Assembly (NCBI GenBank): GCA_030141605.1
Contig: JAQGDQ010000108.1
Location: forward strand, 124,001 to 188,000
DNA: 64,000 nt
From: Tubiluchus corallicola
Taxonomy: Eukaryota > Animalia > Priapulida
Reading direction: 5' to 3'
Shown here: piece by piece, positions 54,365 through 64,000 of the stretch
Layout: the number at the start of each line of letters is the position of its first letter
Position numbering within the stretch: position 1 is the first letter of the stretch
The notes under the pieces: model-generated
The model's input: only the letters and a program-made list of their open reading frames with translations
Database searches by the model: none
Told to the model about the DNA's origin: nothing
Made by a program: the position numbers and the translations under genes

Positions 54365-56629
54365 GCCTGGTTACAGCAACATCAGTTAATACATATTGTC
54401 TACAAAATACTTTTGTAACGTACTGCAAATTCAGTAACTTCATGTTCCAAATCAAATAATCATGGCGCTTAATCCACAGGTCCGATTTTTGTGATACTTC
54501 GGTGATATTTGAAGGCTTTATTTCCTTAATAACTGGCATATATATAGCATTTGATGATAAGGAGAGATGACGCTTTAGACTACACATTAATAAATATAGA
54601 CTACACTTAATTATAATATTATTCACATTAAAATTTTAGAAGTCTGTCTATAAGGTCCAACTATTTCATTAATTTTGAGTACAGCACACATGCCTGTGCA
54701 AGCTAATCTTGGTATATTTGAAGAAAACAGTAGAAATATATTTGAATTTCTATAAAATTAAAAACAATACATTTTAAAATCACCGCCGATATAAAACGGC
54801 AGCTTTATTTTTGACTAAATTTATTTTTTAATTTAGTTTTCTATTTGATGAATATTTATTCGAACATGATTGACAGCGATAGAGTTACGGCTTACTTCTG
54901 TTTTGTTTTTTTTCCTTAACGTATCTCCCTATTCCCCACATTTAACTGCTCAAACAAAATAACTCTTAATTCGTTCCTATTAGACGTGTTTGCATACCTG
55001 CTCGCTTGGCTTGTATTATATACTACTATATCAAATCACATAATGTATATTGATTATTATACATCTTGTTGTCAATTAAGCACTGAATGGTGATTAAGTC
55101 TGTCAGGTAATGATGCAAATAAATACGTGAAATACACAGGCGAGCTGAGTGAGCTACATAATTGCGTTTGGCTAATATTGATCAGTTTACCTGCATGTCT
55201 CGGCTCTTATTAATAGCTTAATGCTAATTCATGAATACGAATTTTCGCTGGCGATATTACCTGAACAAATAAAACAATTACACGCTAGCTATCTTTTACA
55301 GAAAAAAGCAACTCGCTTTACGACAACAGTCCTTATGTAGTCATGATTTATAGGTACCTATTTGGTCTCACAGACTAGTTTATTTTTCCTTATTTACCCC
55401 GTCATGATATATAGACCTTTTTGAGAAATTCAAATTATTATATTTATTGCCAATCCCTTCTTTTTCTCATCGTACACGTATGACGTATGACATGATAGAA
55501 ATGAACCAAAAAATTAAATGACATTTGTTCCATGATCTACATTATATTATAATATTTATATACATTATACACAGCATATTTCGCAACACGAGGCAAACAC
55601 TTGACATACAACATTTACAAAATCGGATGTTTACGTAACAGTTATAGGCTCCAGCAAAAATTTTATTTAATTGTGGCAGTACCTATAAGACAAAGTACAA
55701 TACTAACTAAATAAATTTTGACTTAGGCCTATCTTTCATACACATATGTGAAAGATATACTTCCTGCTCTCATGGTTTCTATCTCGGTTCCGTTTTCCAA
55801 ACGGAGCATGTTAACATAAAAGCACATTAATTTACTTTTCAAGTTCTTGAAGTAAAACTGATTTAGGTTTATAAATTGCGGAATCAACATTCATCGACTA
55901 GGCGAAAATATTAAATGGGAAACTGGCATCGGTACTGCTCACTGTAACGTAATTAGATAATACGTCATTAATAAATTTAATAACTTTTTTAAGAGGTTAC
56001 ACAATACCAGTATGTACGTATATCCTTGAAAAATGTTGCAATGGAATGGAATAGCGTGATGATTTGACACGTAACAACACCTAAATATTGAGCGCTATTT
56101 TGTTGGATCTAGTACGTGGAAAGTTTAGTTCCTTAACATGTAAATTCTTTCCATTCAACAAAAATAACAACTCGCACACTTTTGCAACAACGTCTAAACG
56201 CGATAAGCTAACAGATAAAATACACAATTACACATAGACAAAATTCTCCATCAATTTCTATAGCTAATTTCTCTATAACATGTTTCAATATTTACATCAC
56301 ACTTTTCTACATAGCATGTTAGCTCTTACACATATATATTGAAAGTATTCTAAGCATTCAAGAGTTGCAATGGGTAGGCAAGCACGAGTAATATATACAT
56401 GTATAACAATGTGGATTTCAGATTCATGACACTGCTGTAAAGACAAATAAAAAATAATATGTTAAAAACTGACGTAATATGCAGATAAATTAACCTTAGT
56501 ATTAACCGCATTTTTGCAAGTTCGGCTTTGTGTATGATTTTATAATAAATTTAGGCTTATGTATCTCCAGGCTGTTATTACACGGTACTACTTATCATTT
56601 TAATTACTGTTCATTTGGCAACCATATAG

Positions 56630-56899
56630 TCATAAGTTCTGATAGTCGGAAAGAAGGGCATGCTGGTCATTTGTACTACTAACTACCACCGGGCCACCCA
56701 CTCCAGGTACTCCACCTACACCCATTGTGAGCAGTGCTTGTATTTGGTGTTGCTGAGCTGCGGAGTTCGTCATAGCACCGTACAGAGGATGATGTGACGT
56801 CACGTGATCAAGGAGATGCTTTGGACTATGTTCCCGAAGAGGTTCTTGATGTTGCTGATTCTGCTGTTGAAGCGGCTGCTGGTGTTGCTGTTGTTGTTG

Positions 56900-56933
<34 letters not shown>

Positions 56934-57023
56934 TGTTCTGGCGTTATTTCCGGTTTGGAGTCATCATCACTGGTTAGACTGGTGTGCAGCATGGAAGCAG
57001 CGCCTACAGCTGATTTTTCATCT
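56630..57023 (-). CDS. Six1/2: Six1/2 exon 2 (C-terminal region with polyQ, ends ALLSDYQNL*)
   Basis: Acceptor TTATTTTGCCCAG| at 57023 matches phase 2 (AG+A=Arg); 394 nt open to TGA at 56630; joined CDS 1008 nt = 335 aa. Confidence 0.88.
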
Positions 57024-60000
57024 CTGGGCAAAATAACAAAGAAAAATAAAGCCAGTGTTGCAAATAAACTATTTCTCCACAATTTCAAGCCAATTTTAGT
57101 TAATTTTATTTTTTGAAAACAATAATGTCTTTGCTCAATGCTTTGCATAATACGAAGTCCAGTAGGACTCTCATGGCAGACAAAGTTACGAAAACTTAAC
57201 TTGTCTAGTAATTATTGCATTTGTGTGAACAGATACGCGTCAAGGCTTAATAAATGAAAATCGGTCATCCTCTTCTATAGCTAGTGGTGAATTTTCTATA
57301 ATCAAAGCAACGGTTTATGAATTCTTGGTGTAAAGAATTCAGACTATTGCAATTAGCTTTAATCACAAACACAGCCATTTATATCAAATAATTGACAAGT
57401 TCGTTAATATTCAAAAATGGCAGTAATAATTAGTATTTTGCAAGCTCTGTTGCACAATTTTTTATTATAGTTTTAATCACATGAAAATTGCATGCAACAC
57501 CGGCACCCGCAAGTTTATTTCAGCTACAATATGACTGTTCTACAAGGGGAATGCGTGTTCAGCTTAACATACCGAATTTTAACACTATTAATTCGAAAAT
57601 GTGCTTATTCACTTAAAAACAAGCTATCTAAAAGTCGTAATGCTTTGGTGCTAAGCATATGGAACAATGAATATATAGCTTCGTTTTAGTTTTCCTTTTA
57701 AATTACTGTATATAACTGTACATATTGCAAATGAGAATGAAATGTCGGAGGAATACTGTATATAGTAGTGTATTTTATTATTTTTTGTAGGATGCTATAT
57801 ATTTTATTTTGTACCTTTTTAATCACTGTTTTATATGGAAGAAATTCTGAAATAAAGGTTTAAATTGAAAATTCAATTAATGAACAAAGCTATCAATAAC
57901 GTTACCGTGTTAATGAATTGTGGTCATGAAGGCAATGCATATAAACAAGTATCGACATTTTGATCATTTTTAAGCCAGACTATTAGCTGTTACAATTACC
58001 AGTAATACATTTTCTACATGACAAACAAAACATGCAGCATGGCATCTAACACAACACACGGAGCATGTGTTTCATCATTGCTTTAACTTCATTGTTGTTC
58101 TCCACATCACTTTCAATTATTAATCTGCTGTTCAGTGATTGTGCATGTACTCAATCCGGGTAAATTGTAGATAATAACAGGCTGTGAGAAACCCGCCGAC
58201 ACTTGTCTAATGTGTACACATATTAATCGATAATTCCTGAAAACGTGAAACCCTATAGGCCTGATCGAAATGATTATTGCTGAAAACTCTTCCACGGCTT
58301 CGCAATTTTGCACTGTTTCCGGAAAACGTATTTACTGAACAGTCTCTAGAAATACTGTACAACTGCACAGTGACTTACTTATAAAATTCGTTTATTTAAA
58401 ATAATATTATTAAATGATTTAATAAATAACATTATTAAATGATGTTAATGAGTCATGATAACTGGATTCAGGCTCGCAATGTGCGAAGCGTATAGAAATG
58501 ATGTAAGCTCGAAAAATCTGTAAAAACGCAGCGCCAAAACTTCAACTATATAATAAAGATACACGTAATATGAATAAACTTTACAAAATGTATTAAGTAT
58601 AAGTATTAACTTAAAAGTAACAGTAAAGTCATCAAAGACTCGTAAATTTGTCAGATATACATGGAAGAAAAACAAATCATTTTGCTAGTTAAATTACTAC
58701 GAAAATGTTTTCTTGACATCAAAATGTTAAATAAATTTAATAGTGTATGTGCGTGAGTTTTGTACTTAGTAAAAGTAAACTATACAATGGAGAAGATGTC
58801 AATACATGCTTACATACATTTAGCGTAATTGTAATTCACCTTGTTTCTGTATAAATACGTATTTCACACATTTAATTTAAATAAAAAGATGATTTGAGAT
58901 TAAATCATATAAATTAGTTGTAAAGGATATTTTTAAAGCACGTGAGTTTCTAAAGCGGTAATTATCATTTGGAACTTTGAAAGATTCATGTTGTTAATTT
59001 TATATAGTTAGGCCTGTTATAACAGAAAACAGCAAACGAAAAAAATCTTAAAACGTCTAGACCAAATAAATGCTTGCCCTACCATAATATCAAAACTGTA
59101 AAATACAGTAGTTTTATGTTCTATGTAAGAAAACTGTTTTGTAAACGCGTCTGCCTGTTTTGTAAATTTCAGTTCAATGTGTTCTTGGCACTTATTTTTC
59201 AATTTATAAGTCGCAATGAATATTTTTTACTATTTATTATTTTTCTATTATGCGCGAACAAATCGTTCAAATTAAAATCTTGGAATCGATATCTATATGC
59301 CACTGATATGAAAATCCTGAGATTTATTGTATATAGGCCTAAACGAGTTTGTTCGCAGTTTTCTGAAAGTGACAGGGCCTGAAAAAGGTTTGTGTATTTC
59401 AACAATTTCTGAAAATCTCAATATTATTGCTCAAGTTGCTTGTTACTGTACAGTATACAAGGCATGTTTTTAGTTTGAATTATTAATTAAAACAGAGCTG
59501 TTTGATTCAACAATAATAGGCATGTTATTATGCATTAAACATAAAATCGATAGGTGAAGTTGTATTTATTGTACGTTTTCTTTAGCTGTGATTGATTTTT
59601 ACTTGAAATAGAGCGTCTGTGTTTACATAAGGTTTCAGTAACCGCAGGTGTAACCTCCCAGTTTAATTTTTAATATGCATGTATGGAGACGGATAAATGT
59701 ATGTGAACATTATGTGAAAAGTGCTCTTAAAATGATAGCGAAATTACTGTTATACAGAAAAGTGACGAATTTTAAATAGGTGCTAAACAAGAACAAAAAA
59801 GCTTGTACTTCCGAAAAATGACATAAAATTTTTTGTTTCCATTGTGCAGAAAAAAATTTGAGTTGGGTCTAAAATGTCCTATTATTAAAGTATAAAACTG
59901 TACCTAGAATATTTATGAGTATATATATATATATATATATATTGCTGAGTATATATTACAGATTTATATTGTATCGTTGCTTGCAATCTATATATAGGTA

Positions 60001-61305
60001 ATCTAGATATGCTGTGACTAACTAATGGTATATGATATTGCGTTAAACATATTTTCTTGTGCAGTCTCACTTTCATAAAAAGCAGCAAGGATGGGCAAAC
60101 TTTATATTTGGTGAAAAAATTATTGTACACGCTTAATAGTATAAAAGCTTTACGTTGCTATTCTGTTTGAACTATTTTGCTTTATGTTGGATAATATCTG
60201 CGATTTTCTTTCAAAAGCTAAACGTCAATTATTGGTAGCGAGAATAACAAACAATATTCAAAATATGCCCGATTTTCAATACACTGACTTAGTTATAGCT
60301 AACTCACATGCACGCAAAAATGCGAAGTTACACAAGTAATGTCACGTATACATGCGTGTAGGGCAGGTATACCAAGGAAGCTAGAGGGCTAAATTTTATC
60401 TGAAAGGTCTCTAAGATAATCATCTCTGTTAGAACGGTTAAGTGCATTAGGAATCAGCAGTTGGTCGAATTAACGGAGTCCACGGAATTCCAACACACAC
60501 GCTAATTTTGGACGAGTGAAATATATGGAAAGCCTGGTGGTAACAAACGTACATTTTGCAAGTTCTTCTACACTCAAGTAAGGCTGTAGCACAAAATTAT
60601 ATTACAAATGTATTCGCAACTTCTTTAATGTTTACAGGTAAGCCTAAAGTACCATAGTAATAACTGTTAATCTTGTTTGTTTTTTTACCAGAAATCTCAG
60701 TCACATTATCTAATTTCCACTATAATTTAAAAAAATCACTTTCATAGATCTGTTTTAGTGATAATTTTCACGTTGCCACATTGACTGTTACAATAATTGC
60801 AAAGAAAAATATAGTATAGAACGCAGCCGATTATTGTATTTTCTTCTGTCATTAACAGACGCCCATGCAGTTCATAAATATTTCGTTTGGGTAACTAAAT
60901 TCATATGGACAATTCAAAAATGGCAACTCTGCCTAAAATTCAATAGATTATCCGCAACCTTGCTGGAAATGAGAAAAATAGATGTTTAAAACCGCAGCTT
61001 GCTATAGATTTCACTTTTGAACTTTTTTAATCTATCATTTTATTCTTATATTACCATAATATTTCTGCAATAATTCTGTTGCTGCTTGCTCCTCATTGTT
61101 AAATTGTCATCTACGTTTACTCCGCTTTATTTGACATTAACTAGTAGATTTAGGCCGCTTCTTTGCTAAACATGTATTTTAAGGGAAAGCATTATGAGGT
61201 ATAATTTTTGCAAACATACAACAGTTTAGCCAGATTTATAAGAATTATAATAATTTTATTCACTATTAATAACTAAATGATTCTTTTACTATATAAATCA
61301 AGTTA

Positions 61306-61977
<672 letters not shown>

Positions 61978-62000
61978 TTATTGCTGCCAGTTTCATACTG

Positions 62001-62086
62001 CCGCCCGTCCAATCGCTATTCCACTAGCGATCCGTCGTCATGGTTACGCTTGTCAATCTGTGTAACTCGATTCCACGATGGGCGGG
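62001..62086 (-). promoter_or_regulatory. Candidate Six1/2 proximal promoter elements (GC boxes, CCAAT)
   Basis: CCGCCC at 62001, CCAAT at 62009 and GGGCGGG at 62080, 80-165 bp upstream of the ATG. Confidence 0.35.
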
Positions 62087-64000
62087 AGCTAAATTCTCAA
62101 TCCGACTTTCTTCTTGTGATTATGCAAAGGCAATGTACACATACGGAGTTGGGTCTCTGACAGGAGCAAATACTCAGCTCTGTTTATCTGTTGTACTGCC
62201 GCAGCCTCTTAGCTGTTAGAGAACAATGCGTAATTGCAGCGTAATCAAACACACACATTGGGGGCCTAATAATTCACCGGTACTTAGTTTGAAGTGCGCC
62301 GTCTTGGCGTGAGAAATTGAAGCAGAAGCAAAATTTCGACCATATTCATGTGCAACCGCACTGCCTCATTAAATAAAAGATCAAGAAGAAAAGCTGTGAC
62401 AAAAATTAACTCACAGTCATTTTACTTTAATAAAAAAATTCCAGTTATACTAGTTAAATAAGCGCCATAAGCTTAGAAGAATGTTGCATCCTGCTTGTAG
62501 GTCTGTGGATTTAATATTATTAGTGTTAAATAGAATTTGTAACATGTCTTATTAGTTATTATGGAAATGAAAAATTTTATATAGACTTCTAGTAGTAATT
62601 GTATTAATCTACATATAATTTTTGTTTCTAAATAACCTATGCGGTTACACAAAAGTAAACTAGTCACAGACTATTCCCGTATTTTTAACTTTTTTTATAT
62701 TATAGCCTGTTTGAATAGCCCTTTGATTTTGAAGAAACCACTGAAATAGTTAATTCCCAGTTTCAACTATCCCGACCGACACAAAGCAGAAGACATAATG
62801 ACCACGTGTTTATGCACATGTCCTATTCCTCGCAAATAACTGCGTAATATGGGCAATATAATCTAGCTTTCCCACACTCTCAGGTCGGGAGAGAAGCTGC
62901 TGAAAAGATGCAGTAAACTAGAAACTTTTAGCATCTGGTGAGGATGAAGATAAATTTACCGCAGCTGTAAGATGTTTATGTTGAATGTAAGCAGAGATGC
63001 GTATTGGGTGTCGGCTGTGTGCATCAGCAGCTTCGCTACTGTTTTCCACCGAAATCCAAGAAAGGTCGGAAGGTGAGGCTCGTGAGCTGCTTAAATGCTT
63101 AAAAGCGTTGGGAGACTTAGTAAAAGTGTTTAGATCTGTAAAAACTATTTGAAAGTGAAAAAAATCAGCTGAGTGAGACAAGCGGTCATAGATAGTTAGA
63201 TAAACTATTTAACGAAAACAGAGTAATTTTAAATTCAGCGCTATTACAAAATTTATGACTTTAATAAACGTTAAGTATCTGGTCAACTATGATTGGAGGG
63301 CTGATTGGCTGGTATCTGGTGTTTTTTGGCATGTTCCATGTTGCATGTTTCTTGTATGGTCAGTTGATTAACTAAATGTTTAACTAACTGACTGATTTTC
63401 TGACCAACTGATTGACTGTCTAGGTGACAGATTAACCCACTGATTGACAAAGTGACTAACTGACTGACTGACTGACTAATTAACTGAATGAATAAGTGAC
63501 TGAATTTGATTTGATTTTTATTTCAAACTCTATGTTCACCCATACATATAACACTTAGCGATTAATTGACTGACTGACAAATTGACTGAATTCACTGACC
63601 AACCAATCGTCTGATCGACTGAGTTGCTTGCTTGCTTGTCTGACTTTTCATTGTTTCGATTTCCTGGGTACTGCACTGCTGCTTGTTTGATTGCATGGTC
63701 GACTCTGGTTACTCAGCCTACTACTGAAATGACTGATGACTGAAGACTATGTTGTTATTTTGAATAAACATTTAAACTGCTACTGCTACAATTAAACAAT
63801 GCAAGAATTATACAGACTCACAAAATTTCAAAAAAAAAGTTCGCAGACGGATTAAACTTTAACCACACTTCCTGTCATGAATCCGAGTTGAAGATACGAG
63901 CCACAGATAAAGATGTCACCCGGGAGTACTACCTCAGCGTCCCACTGTGCTCGACCAGTCCATACATCGTAAATCTAACGGCTGGGCTGTTTATTTTTGG

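Noticed and set aside
62918-63181. 87-aa minus-strand ORF with an acceptor-like TTTTTACAG near 63136
   Set aside because: No recognisable family and no convincing upstream partner exon; left uncalled.

Overview
AT-rich, intron-containing animal (invertebrate bilaterian) genomic DNA, not prokaryotic. Right half: two tandem SIX homeobox genes on the minus strand, Six1/2 (ETSY type, 2 exons, 56630-61920, polyQ tail) followed downstream by Six4/5 (ETVY type, 2 exons, 28547-34820), separated by ~22 kb of gene-free DNA with candidate enhancer and CTCF-like motifs. Left half: a complete four-exon gustatory-receptor-like (GRL/7TM ion channel) gene (17033-22186) with the TYxxxxxQF motif and a GC-AG intron, a decayed tandem copy of it, a four-exon CLHC1/TSNAXIP1-N-like coiled-coil gene (minus, 8178-11202) and a convergent uncharacterised plus-strand gene. 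Repeats include four copies of a TTAA-flanked non-autonomous DNA transposon, nested and telomere-repeat-containing hairpin elements, LINE remnants and microsatellites. An intronless SLC1A (glutamate transporter) fragment is partly duplicated into a long inverted repeat between the Six genes. All gene models were built by eye from splice signals, phase and recalled family motifs; no database search was run.
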